Shown here: piece after piece, positions 9,286 through 18,853 of the stretch | Layout: the number at the start of each line of letters is the position of its first letter | Numbering within the stretch: position 1 is the stretch's first letter | Source: Clostridiales bacterium | GTDB taxonomy: Bacteria; Bacillota; Clostridia; Saccharofermentanales; Saccharofermentanaceae | Direction: 5' to 3' | DNA: 64,000 nt | NCBI GenBank assembly: GCA_017513085.1 | Contig: JAFWDK010000022.1 | Location: forward strand, 1 to 64,000 | Program-made: the position numbers and the translations under genes | Notes under the pieces: generated by a model | The model's input: the letters and a program-made list of their open reading frames with translations, nothing else | Database searches by the model: none | What the model was told of the DNA's origin: nothing

Positions 9286-11919
9286 ATGCATGAAATAGCA
9301 AAACACGAATTTCTATCCTGGGTAGATACTCTTGAGACTGAACAACTTTCAGAACATGAGATTACAATGCTCTCAATTCTAATAAGTAATTTTGAAGAGG
9401 TTGCATCGGTTGGAACGGCATCAGGACAAAGAGCAAAGTTACTTAGTCAAAAGATAACCGAATTAAATAAGGGTACGGTTAAAGATTTACCTCAATACGA
9501 AATAAATGAGATGTCTGATAGTGTTATTAAACGCATCGAGAGCTTAGATGTAGAGAAATTCCGAGGATTCGGAGCGATTCAGAGCTTTACTTTTGATAAA
9601 CAGTATACTTTCTTTCATGGTCCTAACGGATCGGGAAAGACAAGTTTTTGTGAAGCTCTTGAATACTGTATTTTAGGGACGATTGAAGAAGCAACCGCTA
9701 GAAATATTGCAACAGAAAAGTTTATTGTTCATGCGGGAGAGAAAAAGGCGCATAAACCTACCTTGAAATGCAAATTCTCGTCTGGTGAGATCGATGAGTG
9801 TCAGCCAGATTATTCAAAGTATCGTTTTGGTTTTATTGAAAAAAATAGGATAGATGGTTTTTCGCATATAAGTGCAGCCACTACCAAGACACAGACTGAG
9901 CGGTTGGCTGCATTGTTTGGTTTATCTGAATTTCAGGAATTTGTTAAGGGATTTACATCAGCAGATGTATTTGGAAACGACAAATATTTAAAAGTAAATG
10001 CAGTTATTCAAACCGAATATGAAAAAGAGAACGGAATTTTGGGTTCGATTGAGGTTCAAGTTAAGGAAGCTGAAGAAAAACTTAAAACCGAAAAAGAAGA
10101 GTTGGCGATTTTAATCAATGCCTTAAATAATCCGGAGATCAAAACAGTAGATGACGTTGAAAAATATTTCATGGATCCTAATAATGGTCTTATAACGAAG
10201 TATCTTTTAGATGCCGACAAGAATAAATGGGTTGTGATAAAGAATGATACGCTGGATTTGTTGGCTTCTGATTTGACGGTTTTTATTGGCTACTATGAAG
10301 ATATATTGAAGAGTAATTCAGAGATTTTATCAGATGTTGGAGCGGTAAATCTTGTTACATTATTTAATGCAATAGCTAAATTGAATGCTGATGAGTATGA
10401 TAAATGCCCTGTTTGCAATACTCCTTTGACAGCTGTTAAAGTAAATCCTTTTGAAAATGCAAAAGAAGAATTGAAGAAGCTTGAGCAAATTGAACTAGCC
10501 AAAAACACAGTGCGTGGAAACGCAAAAAAAATAATCGATAATTATGAGCGGATATTTACATCGATTGAATCTATAAAGCAAGCAAATGTACTTGGAATGA
10601 TTAACTATTCGCTTTTTGAAAACCAGAAATTCCAACAGATAGAGGTAGAAAGCCTGGCTCCTGAGATAATTTCAGTGTTTGATGAATTAAAGAAGCTGAA
10701 GGCTAATTTAGTCTCAGAAGATACCGCTCAGATAGTAGAAGAGTATAATACCAAAGCTGCAAATCATAACAAGCAATACGATGAAAAACTCGATAAGGCT
10801 CAGAAAGAGTATAAAGAAATAGTTGGGAAAAATGGTTCAGTTGGAGAAAAGCAGAATGGATATAATGCTCTAATAAAATCAGTAAAGGACACAAAAGCAA
10901 AAGTAGAGGCGTTAAAGAAAAAAGTCGATTCCGAAAAGGTGGAGATTGATTTTAACAAAAAAATGGTTGAGGCATACGAAAGTATAGTTGAGAAGCTTTC
11001 TACTTATGTTGCAACCCTTCCCACTGCTTTGGCTCAGAATCTATCGGAAAAAGCACTCGAGTATTATAACTGTATCAATGAAGACGATGCAGATTTTGAA
11101 TTGATAAAGGAACTACATCTTCCATTGGCTGTCAATGAGAAAATAACTATTGAGATGGAGGATGGAGTAAGCCAAGATGCATTGCTTATACTAAGTGAAG
11201 GCCATGTAAAGATTTTAGGTCTTTCAATACTTCTTGCAAAGGCTGTTTCCGAAGGTATTCCATTCTTGATATTTGATGATATCGTAAATTCTGTCGACGA
11301 TGATCATAGGGATGGAGTGGCAAAACTGCTAATAACACATACGGATTTTGCGAATACGCAGATGATTCTTACTTGTCATGGAGAGATGTTTGTCTCAATG
11401 CTAGAAGGATATGTTTCTAATTCTAATTCTATGACAAGGTACATGTTTTTGCCGGCAGATACTTTGGATGAACGTGGCGTATTCATTAAGTATCAAGATC
11501 CATCTATTCCTTTGGAGGTTGCAAAGAAGAAATATGAGGAAAACCAGTTAAAAGACAGTGCAATGAGTTGCAGGCGAGCGGTTGAATGTACTACTGGTAA
11601 ACTGTGGAAAAAGCTTAGCCCTTGTATCGGGGGGATATCAGTTAAGCTCAGGAACCTCCAGGGACAACCGGATTTGTTTAGTATTACTTCTGCGCTTTAT
11701 GACCATACAAAGGGAAAATACATACAGGATGCTGAAGAAATAAACGAAGACTTGAAGAAACTAATGGAAGCATCCTCGTGGTCTAAACTAAATAAAGGGA
11801 CGCATGAAGATAAAAGCATTCCAGAATTTACAAGAGGAGAAGTTAAACAGTTATTGGAATTGGTCGAGAAGCTTGCGAAGGATGTGGAAGAAGTAAAGAT
11901 TAAAGCTACTGTCGTATAG
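9286..11919 (+). CDS. Rad50/SMC-like ABC ATPase with zinc hook and C-terminal HEPN-like domain (RloC-like architecture)
   Basis: 877 aa; FRG motif, Walker A GPNGSGKT, coiled coils around CPVC, signature LSEG, Walker B LIFDD, H-loop TCH; C-terminal CRRAVE...LNKGTH. Confidence 0.75.
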   Translation: MHEIAKHEFLSWVDTLETEQLSEHEITMLSILISNFEEVASVGTASGQRAKLLSQKITELNKGTVKDLPQYEINEMSDSVIKRIESLDVEKFRGFGAIQSFTFDKQYTFFHGPNGSGKTSFCEALEYCILGTIEEATARNIATEKFIVHAGEKKAHKPTLKCKFSSGEIDECQPDYSKYRFGFIEKNRIDGFSHISAATTKTQTERLAALFGLSEFQEFVKGFTSADVFGNDKYLKVNAVIQTEYEKENGILGSIEVQVKEAEEKLKTEKEELAILINALNNPEIKTVDDVEKYFMDPNNGLITKYLLDADKNKWVVIKNDTLDLLASDLTVFIGYYEDILKSNSEILSDVGAVNLVTLFNAIAKLNADEYDKCPVCNTPLTAVKVNPFENAKEELKKLEQIELAKNTVRGNAKKIIDNYERIFTSIESIKQANVLGMINYSLFENQKFQQIEVESLAPEIISVFDELKKLKANLVSEDTAQIVEEYNTKAANHNKQYDEKLDKAQKEYKEIVGKNGSVGEKQNGYNALIKSVKDTKAKVEALKKKVDSEKVEIDFNKKMVEAYESIVEKLSTYVATLPTALAQNLSEKALEYYNCINEDDADFELIKELHLPLAVNEKITIEMEDGVSQDALLILSEGHVKILGLSILLAKAVSEGIPFLIFDDIVNSVDDDHRDGVAKLLITHTDFANTQMILTCHGEMFVSMLEGYVSNSNSMTRYMFLPADTLDERGVFIKYQDPSIPLEVAKKKYEENQLKDSAMSCRRAVECTTGKLWKKLSPCIGGISVKLRNLQGQPDLFSITSALYDHTKGKYIQDAEEINEDLKKLMEASSWSKLNKGTHEDKSIPEFTRGEVKQLLELVEKLAKDVEEVKIKATVV

Positions 11920-11991
11920 CAACAATACTCTTGGGCTGCGATGATAGTCAGTCCTCAGTCGGAATAATCTTAGCAATATAATGTACTAACG

Positions 11992-12020
11992 AAGGCTGGC
12001 AAAATGCCAGCCTTGTTTGT
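11992..12020 (+). terminator. Rho-independent terminator
   Basis: AAGGCTGGC-AAAAT-GCCAGCCTT followed by GTTTGT. Confidence 0.65.
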
Positions 12021-12089
12021 GCGTATCATTATAAAATTCAGACGAATTGTATTAAGAATCAGACTTCTTTTGGAAATCTTGTCCATTTT

Positions 12090-12182
12090 ATGGAAAAGTC
12101 GCAAGCAGACAAAAGACCGTTTTGGACTCTCGAAGAATTCCAATCCTTCATCGACGCAGTTAGCGATAAGTATGAAGCATGA
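12090..12182 (+). pseudogene. Tyrosine integrase relic
   Basis: Translates MEKSQADKRPFWTLEEFQSFIDAVSDKYEA*, resembling the FWTxEEF start of the catalytic domain of Firmicute phage/ICE tyrosine integrases. Confidence 0.5.
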
Positions 12183-12324
12183 GAAAGTAACATCTGACTT
12201 ATTCTAGCTACAATAATGAACGTAGAACAACTCTCGACAAATCGCATTTTTAGTGTAAAATAGTTGCACAAAAAATTAGATGGTGATATCATATGCATAC
12301 ATGAACCAGAAAGAAGGATGTCTT

Positions 12325-13581
12325 ATGATTACTGAGATTCGTGCGCAGAACTGTTATGCTTTTAACGAAAAGATTGTGTTTTCGCTTAAAGCGGATATGC
12401 GAAACAAGCGTCTTGCTGATAATGTTGCCGTTGTAGGAAACTTTAATGTGCTTAAGACAGCCGGGATATATGGTGCTAACAATGCAGGAAAGACAAATCT
12501 GATTAAATGCATTTTAGCTATTTGGAATGTACTGGTTAATAGAGGTTTTGTTGCTAATAGAAATATGTTTTCTAATGATCCAGTTGTATCACTGGGTATC
12601 ACATTTTTGTTTGAAGGTCGGGAATTCTCATATAATTTCAAGTACGATACTAATAAAAATGAGTATATATTTGAAGAGTTTCAGGAGATTATAAAAGACA
12701 CATACGGAAACGAGAGGCATGAAACTTGGCTTCTCAAAGATATTGTAAATAATGAGTTTAAATCTTTAGATGACCGTATGGAAGCTATGATTGGTGTTGT
12801 GGCAAGAAACAATATTCTTATGTATCTTGTTGATACAAAGCAGTTTCAACACATGGATGAAATGAAGCGTGTTCTGACAGGATTAGCGTTAAAGATTGAT
12901 ATTATTGATTTGAATAATATACCTATCGGAAAAACAATCGAACTACTAAAATCTGGAAATCCTCTGACGCAGAAAGTGGTTAATTTTATCAAGAATGCCG
13001 ATCTTTACATGGATAACTACTTTTTTGCTTCTCCTTCTCAATTTAAGATAGAGACATCGATTGATGGAAAACAGCCTCAAGAGAACGTATTAAATATACC
13101 AGATCAGTTGGAAGAACAAATCAGGCTTACTAGTGTTTATAAGGGTGTTGCTGTTCCGAGTCTTCTTTTTGACTCGACAGGAACAAAAAAGATTGCGGCT
13201 TTGGCAAGTTATATTATCGAAGCCCTTGAAACAGGAAGAATCCTTATTATTGATGAGCTTGATAGTAGCATCCATTTCAAATTAACTAGAGCAATAGTTG
13301 CTATGTTTAATAATGCTCTGAATGACAAGGCGCAGCTTATTTTTACCGTTCATGATGTTAATCTTATGGACTGCAAGAAATTGTTCCGCAAGGAGCAGAT
13401 TTGGTTTGTAAGTAAAGATAATGATGGAGTTTATGTCTATTCACTTGCAGATTTTACAGCACAGGATGGTGTTCGCGAGACAACGGATGTAATTGATAAA
13501 TACCGGAAAGGTGCATTGGGCGCATTACCTGAGCCAGAACTGATTAATTCGCTTCTTGAAATCAAGGAAGACAGGAGCTGA
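12325..13581 (+). CDS. AAA_21-type ATPase (RloA/AbiLi-like)
   Basis: IYGANNAGKTN Walker A, DSTGTKK signature, IIDELDSSIH Walker B, QLIFTVHD, FRKEQIWFV, YRKGALGALP; RBS GAAGGA before ATG 12325. Confidence 0.85.
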   Translation: MITEIRAQNCYAFNEKIVFSLKADMRNKRLADNVAVVGNFNVLKTAGIYGANNAGKTNLIKCILAIWNVLVNRGFVANRNMFSNDPVVSLGITFLFEGREFSYNFKYDTNKNEYIFEEFQEIIKDTYGNERHETWLLKDIVNNEFKSLDDRMEAMIGVVARNNILMYLVDTKQFQHMDEMKRVLTGLALKIDIIDLNNIPIGKTIELLKSGNPLTQKVVNFIKNADLYMDNYFFASPSQFKIETSIDGKQPQENVLNIPDQLEEQIRLTSVYKGVAVPSLLFDSTGTKKIAALASYIIEALETGRILIIDELDSSIHFKLTRAIVAMFNNALNDKAQLIFTVHDVNLMDCKKLFRKEQIWFVSKDNDGVYVYSLADFTAQDGVRETTDVIDKYRKGALGALPEPELINSLLEIKEDRS

Positions 13582-13583
13582 AT

Positions 13584-14207
13584 ATGACAGGGAAGCGTAT
13601 AATTCTTGAACAGGTTGCTTTATGTATTATCTGTGAAGGCTCTGAAGAGTACGACTATATGTCGCGACTTAAGGAGTTAAATGTTTGGAATGAACAGTAT
13701 CGTGTTGATCTGGTTGATGCTGGAGGAAATGGCAATCTTCCTGCACGTTATCAGGACAAGTATCAGAATGGTTTGTATGATTTGGTCCTTGTTTTCTGTG
13801 ATACAGATAAGAAGCCATATGAACAGTATATGGAGATAAAGGCGAAAATTGATAGATTTCACGGCGTAGATGGCATTAGTAACAGACTGATATACTTCGG
13901 AAATCCCTGCACAATGCAAATCATCATTGAGCATTTTGCAGAAGTAATGCTGAAATCTCCTGCCAAGAAAGTCAACTCGACCGTTATTCAACAATATACG
14001 GGAATAAATGATTACAAGGCAAAACAGGAGCAGAGAACTGCTCTGATGCGCCTGATCAATAAGGAAAACTATGAATTAATGGTTGAAAGGGTTGATAGAC
14101 TTCCGTGTTCTGATACTGATATGAACAGCAGTAATTTCAATATCCTTATGAATCACCTATCCAATAGTAATACCGATTGGATTGACAAGATAAATGAAGA
14201 GCTGTAG
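13584..14207 (+). CDS. RloB-like protein
   Basis: IICEGxxEYDY, VFCDTD and GNPC motifs; 2 nt downstream of the AAA_21 ATPase. Confidence 0.7.
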   Translation: MTGKRIILEQVALCIICEGSEEYDYMSRLKELNVWNEQYRVDLVDAGGNGNLPARYQDKYQNGLYDLVLVFCDTDKKPYEQYMEIKAKIDRFHGVDGISNRLIYFGNPCTMQIIIEHFAEVMLKSPAKKVNSTVIQQYTGINDYKAKQEQRTALMRLINKENYELMVERVDRLPCSDTDMNSSNFNILMNHLSNSNTDWIDKINEEL

Positions 14208-14518
14208 TTGAGATTATGAATAGAATTTTGGTTGAGGTGTAAAAGGTGAACAATGCCAAGAAGCCAATGAATAGCCTTTTTCTAAATTATCTTCTAAGTA
14301 GTCAAAGTAAAGTTGATACGAATGCAGAAAAATGGCTGGAAAGTAAAAATATATTAGATAACATAAATACTATATGTTTTATGTTGCCATGTAAAGCATT
14401 GGTTCAAAGCACTTAGATAACACATTGAGGGTTGTCAAATAATGAATATCAAGGGGCTTTACAAACGAAATAACTATGGACGATTTTTAATGATATAGGT
14501 AACAAGGAAAAGCGAGTT

Positions 14519-15430
14519 ATGAGAAGTAATGATATAGTGTACCACTACTGTAGCAGCGACGTTTTTTACTCGATAATTAACAATAAGACGATTAGATTCT
14601 CTGATATTACGAAGTCAAACGATTCTGCTGAAATAGGATGGATTACAAAATACTTAGATTCGGTTTTCACGGAAGAACTCAGGTGTGCAAATAATAATCT
14701 GATCTTTATGAAATCGTATCAGCCGATTGATTTACACAGATGCTTTCTTAGCTTTGAAGATGCATATTTTATAAAGGCGTTGAGGGACAAAGACAAGTTT
14801 TTTTGGTTTTATGTTTCTTGCTTTTCTATGAAAGGTGACATGTTAAGTCAGTGGCGTGGATATGCAGATGATGGAAAAGGGTTTTGTATTGGATTTGATA
14901 GACATGAATTTGAACAATATAGTACAGGTGGGTTTAAGCTTCTTTCGCTTCATTCAGGGGAAGTGAATTATCTGGAAGAGAAACAGATTTCTGATGTATG
15001 CGGAATAATAAAAGAGTTGTTTGATCAACTATTGAAGAATGCACAGAGTGGAAAAACAAGTGTAGAACACGTGAGAATAGAACTCAACAAGTGTTTTCAG
15101 AAACTGATAGAACTTGCTGTTTTCATTAAAAATCCTTTTTTCAAGGAAGAAAAGGAATGGAGAATGTGTTTATGGACATATAAAGAATTTAGTAGAGATT
15201 CTAAGGATATTATTCTTGTTAAAAATGGACAGCCGGAACAATACGAACTGGGTTTCAAAACACGAGGAAATACTCTTGTGTCGTTTTTTGATATGAAATT
15301 TGAACCGTATGTTCTTAAGCATATTATAGTAGGACCTAAGAACAATACAGATTTAGCAGATCTTAAAATGTTTTTGCATAGTCATAATATCGATTGCCGT
15401 ATTGAAAAATCTAAAGGGACATATGTATAA
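14519..15430 (+). CDS. DUF2971-like domain protein
   Basis: YHYCS, SND..E, SCFS...DMLSQWRGYADDGKGFCIGF, KNPFFKEEKEWR and IIVGP motifs. Confidence 0.8.
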   Translation: MRSNDIVYHYCSSDVFYSIINNKTIRFSDITKSNDSAEIGWITKYLDSVFTEELRCANNNLIFMKSYQPIDLHRCFLSFEDAYFIKALRDKDKFFWFYVSCFSMKGDMLSQWRGYADDGKGFCIGFDRHEFEQYSTGGFKLLSLHSGEVNYLEEKQISDVCGIIKELFDQLLKNAQSGKTSVEHVRIELNKCFQKLIELAVFIKNPFFKEEKEWRMCLWTYKEFSRDSKDIILVKNGQPEQYELGFKTRGNTLVSFFDMKFEPYVLKHIIVGPKNNTDLADLKMFLHSHNIDCRIEKSKGTYV

Positions 15431-15586
15431 ACTTAATGATAATAGATTGGATTTGCGATATAATATACAAGTACTGTTCTTTGACAATTGAATAGACATC
15501 TTGTTACACAAATAGGTGTACAAGGATTTTCTATTCAAGTAATCCATCCAAGACGCCTTGATGCGTAGGTGGGGCAGAGAAAAAGA

Positions 15587-15797
15587 ATGTTCCCAAAATG
15601 TTCCCAATAAGTTCAAAAACGGCGCGGAATAATAAGAATGGATGGATTTTACCACAATATGTTGTGTATGCTTTTTATGGGAGAACCCATATATAGATAC
15701 CTGCATAGAACTCGAGTAAATATTACAACCCCGGAAACGCTTTGGTATCAACGCTTTCGGGGTTTTATTATGCCTTTTTGGGTACGTTTTGGGTACA
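15587..15797. mobile_element. attP-like/junction site: inverted pairs of arm-type repeats around a putative core and hairpin
   Basis: ATGTTCCCA x2 (15587, 15598) and TGGGTAC x2 (15779, 15790), both with 11-bp period and mutually inverted; ATAGAACTCGAGTAA at 15705-15719; hairpin at 15727-15766. Confidence 0.6.
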
Positions 15798-15858
15798 GAT
15801 TTTTATTCTTAGCACTGTTAGTTGAAAAAGTGAGATAAAAGGATAAAGAGACAGCTTG

Positions 15859-17415
15859 TTTTATCTGGCGGAATTGTTAGTAAATTTGCGTTGACCGCTA
15901 AATAAAACGGGTTTATAATATGTTTATGATAGGACGAAATAATGAAATAAAAGAATTAAATAGACTCTATGACAGCAAGAAAGCAGAACTTGTTGCCATA
16001 TACGGGCGCCGTCGTGTAGGGAAAACTTTCTTAGTTGACGAGGTCTTCGAGGGACGAATCACTTTTCGTCATGCAGGTCTGTCACCTGTGGAGACGAAAA
16101 AGGGTGCGTTGGGAATGCAACTTAAGAACTTTTATAATTCCCTTTTGGATCATGGGATGAAGAAAAGCCGTATTCCCGGCAGTTGGCTTGATGCTTTTTT
16201 CATGCTTGAACAATTTCTGAAGGAGAAGGATACCGGTGAACGCCAGCTTGTTTTTCTTGACGAGCTTCCTTGGCTCGATACACCAAGATCCGGATTTATA
16301 ACTGCTTTTGAATCTTTTTGGAATAATTGGGCTTGTCACAGAAAGAATCTGATGGTTGTCGTATGTGGCAGTGCGAATTCTTGGATTCTCGATAATCTGA
16401 TCAACAATCACGGTGGATTATATAATCGAGTTACGTATGAGATAAAACTTTCCCCTTTCACACTTACGGAGTGTGAGGAATTCTTTGAGAGCCAAGGAAT
16501 AAAGATTACCAGATATGATATCGTCCAGAGCTATATGATTATTGGTGGTATTCCGTATTACATGGGATATTTTGAAAAAGGAAAAAGCTTGGCTCAGAAT
16601 ATTGATCGTTTATTCTTTGCCAAAGACTCGAAACTTAAAGACGAATATGATCGACTTTTCACATCAGCATTCAGCAAGCCGGAACTTATAAAAAGTATTG
16701 TCGAATTTCTTTCAAAGAGAAACGCAGGATATACAAGAGAAGATATTTTGCAAGGATTGAAGATAACGGACGGAGGATCATTATCGAAACATCTTAACGC
16801 ATTGATCGCAAGTGATTACATCGTTAAGTATCAGCCATTCGGGATGAGCAAGAAATGTGAGTATTACCGATTAACAGATCCGTTTTGTTTATTCTATCTT
16901 CAATTTAGAAATAAGATCAATGGAGCGGATGAGACTTTTTGGCAAAAGGGATTATCGAGTGGTCAGATTGTATCATGGCGCGGCTTTGCTTTTGAGAAGG
17001 TTTGTTTTAACCATGTAAAGCAGATAAAGCGTGCCCTTGAAGTAGGCGGTGTTTTATCGACGGAATCTGCTTGGTCTATCAAGGATGATGATCAGGAAGG
17101 GACGCAGATAGATCTTCTTATATCCAGAAAAGATAATGTTTTGAATATGTGTGAGATCAAATACCTCGGTGATGATTTTGCGGTGGACAAAGACTATTAC
17201 AGAACAATCCTGAGAAGGCAGGAGATATTGACAAAGAAAGTATCTCCGAAGATTGCAATCCACAGCACTTTGATTACTACATTCGGACTAAAAAATAATG
17301 AATATGGTGGTGTTTTTACCAATGTGGTGACCATGAATGATCTATTTGAGAAGTAAGATGAAGTTGTTTTGTTTGGCGGAAACGCGGCAGAATTAATAAG
17401 ATTCCGCTGGATAAA
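15859..17415. repeat. ~50-bp imperfect inverted repeats (15859-15907 and 17367-17415) flanking the ATPase gene
   Basis: Left TTTTATCTGGCGGAAT...CCGCTAAATAAAA; reverse complement of right TTTATCCAGCGGAAT...CCGCCAAACAAAA. Confidence 0.5.
15920..17356 (+). CDS. Archaeal-ATPase-family ATP-binding protein with C-terminal PD-(D/E)XK-like (DUF234-type) domain
   Basis: IGR..E, YGRRRVGKT, VFLDELPW, VCGS, GGIPYY, QIDLL...CEIKY. Confidence 0.85.
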   Translation: MFMIGRNNEIKELNRLYDSKKAELVAIYGRRRVGKTFLVDEVFEGRITFRHAGLSPVETKKGALGMQLKNFYNSLLDHGMKKSRIPGSWLDAFFMLEQFLKEKDTGERQLVFLDELPWLDTPRSGFITAFESFWNNWACHRKNLMVVVCGSANSWILDNLINNHGGLYNRVTYEIKLSPFTLTECEEFFESQGIKITRYDIVQSYMIIGGIPYYMGYFEKGKSLAQNIDRLFFAKDSKLKDEYDRLFTSAFSKPELIKSIVEFLSKRNAGYTREDILQGLKITDGGSLSKHLNALIASDYIVKYQPFGMSKKCEYYRLTDPFCLFYLQFRNKINGADETFWQKGLSSGQIVSWRGFAFEKVCFNHVKQIKRALEVGGVLSTESAWSIKDDDQEGTQIDLLISRKDNVLNMCEIKYLGDDFAVDKDYYRTILRRQEILTKKVSPKIAIHSTLITTFGLKNNEYGGVFTNVVTMNDLFEK

Positions 17416-17562
17416 TGTGATGCTGTTTTCAAAAAATGCTTGTACTGAATAGAAATGAGGTTTCTAATAATCTAGAAAGTTTGAATAAAGAGAGTTTTAA
17501 CAATAAAATTGTTTCATATTTATCCTGTCCTCAAGGAGTAAAGGACGAGAGAAATCAAGTAT

Positions 17563-17976
17563 TTGAATCTACTTGTAATTCAATGCGAGATAAGATTTCC
17601 AAAAGGAAAACTAACAGATAGTTATTTCGTCTTATCCCGCGACAAGATGGATTTCAATGATGAATATTGGACTGAGAACTATATCTCTATCCTGAAAGAT
17701 GATTATGAGGAATTCTATCCGTATTTCAGGATCTGGCTTAAAGATAAGACTGGATTACATGAGAAGATCATATTTTCATTGATCGAAAATAAGGATCTTC
17801 GGATTAAGTACGATGGCGTACTCCTAGCAAGAGAGTACGGATTAAAGTCTGCTGTTCCTTTGATCAAAAAACAGATTTCAATAAGAGAATGTCCTCCTTC
17901 CACGGAGAATAAAAGTTATGGATGGTCCGTTGGCAATATGGCACAACAGGTATTGAAGGATTTAAATGGATACTGA
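17563..17976 (+). CDS. Hypothetical protein, start uncertain (possibly truncated)
   Basis: 137-aa ORF from TTG with no clear RBS; overlaps the start of the next gene. Confidence 0.45.
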   Translation: MNLLVIQCEIRFPKGKLTDSYFVLSRDKMDFNDEYWTENYISILKDDYEEFYPYFRIWLKDKTGLHEKIIFSLIENKDLRIKYDGVLLAREYGLKSAVPLIKKQISIRECPPSTENKSYGWSVGNMAQQVLKDLNGY

Positions 17977-18715
17977 TATTAGAAAGGAAGAACATATGTG
18001 GCATGACGATAATGATGACATAATGAAGCTGTACAACTTATTGGAGGAACATGAGATTTATAATCCTCTTCCGGCTGTTTGCCCTGTCTGTGGTTCCAAG
18101 TCAGGTCATATCTACTTGCATCGTTATGACGAGGAACATCACGGTGGCTCTTGGGTTTGGTGCAGCAATTGTCATAGTTATTCTCATGCAAGCTTTAGAG
18201 TTCCGGAATGGTGGAGAAACTTAAGCCTATTCTCTATCCTTGATCTTCATGGTGTGCCGGATAATCTCGACCAGAAAGCACAGTATATTGATGATTTTGT
18301 TAATAAACTGATCGCCATTAAGGATGACAAGGAGTTTAAAAATACTTATATTCCACAGCCTTGTGAGAAATGTGGAACTCTAATGATAAGAAATCTTCCG
18401 GAAGGTCACGGTGGTGGATATAGCATATCCTGTCCCAAGTGTGGATGGGGAGTTGCAACATCATACTTTGATCCAGTTGTCACAGATCAGACAGAATATC
18501 AGATTACTTTATTGGAGGGAAACAATACATCTGTTGAAGTGATACGAGCTGTAAATAGAGTAGCGCACCGCAATCTCAAAAAGTCCAGAGAATTGATTGA
18601 GAGTGCGCCACAAGTTATTTTCAAGGGTAAAGCCCTTGAAATAGACGAAATGAAAGAGATTCTGGAAGAAGAGCAGGTTCGCTTTAAGATTGAACCGGAT
18701 TATCCATACGACTAA
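17966..18715 (+). CDS. Double zinc-ribbon protein with C-terminal L7/L12-CTD-like domain
   Basis: CPVC...CSNC and CEKC...CPKC pairs; C-terminal VEVIRAVNRV..NLKKSRELIESAPQVI. Confidence 0.7.
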   Translation: MDTDIRKEEHMWHDDNDDIMKLYNLLEEHEIYNPLPAVCPVCGSKSGHIYLHRYDEEHHGGSWVWCSNCHSYSHASFRVPEWWRNLSLFSILDLHGVPDNLDQKAQYIDDFVNKLIAIKDDKEFKNTYIPQPCEKCGTLMIRNLPEGHGGGYSISCPKCGWGVATSYFDPVVTDQTEYQITLLEGNNTSVEVIRAVNRVAHRNLKKSRELIESAPQVIFKGKALEIDEMKEILEEEQVRFKIEPDYPYD

Positions 18716-18853
18716 AGGACATTGATTATGAAAGTGTCTATTTTCAGAAATGAATCAGTACAAAAAATATCGCCGGTGTCTACCGGCAGAAAAAAGAATT
18801 AAAGGAAAATATTTTTCGTGTCCACTTTTATTGACAGGTACATACTCGGCAAG

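Noticed and set aside
9286-11919. Housekeeping SbcC/RecN/SMC
   Set aside because: No sbcD or scpAB neighbours, an extra C-terminal domain, and AT-rich island context.
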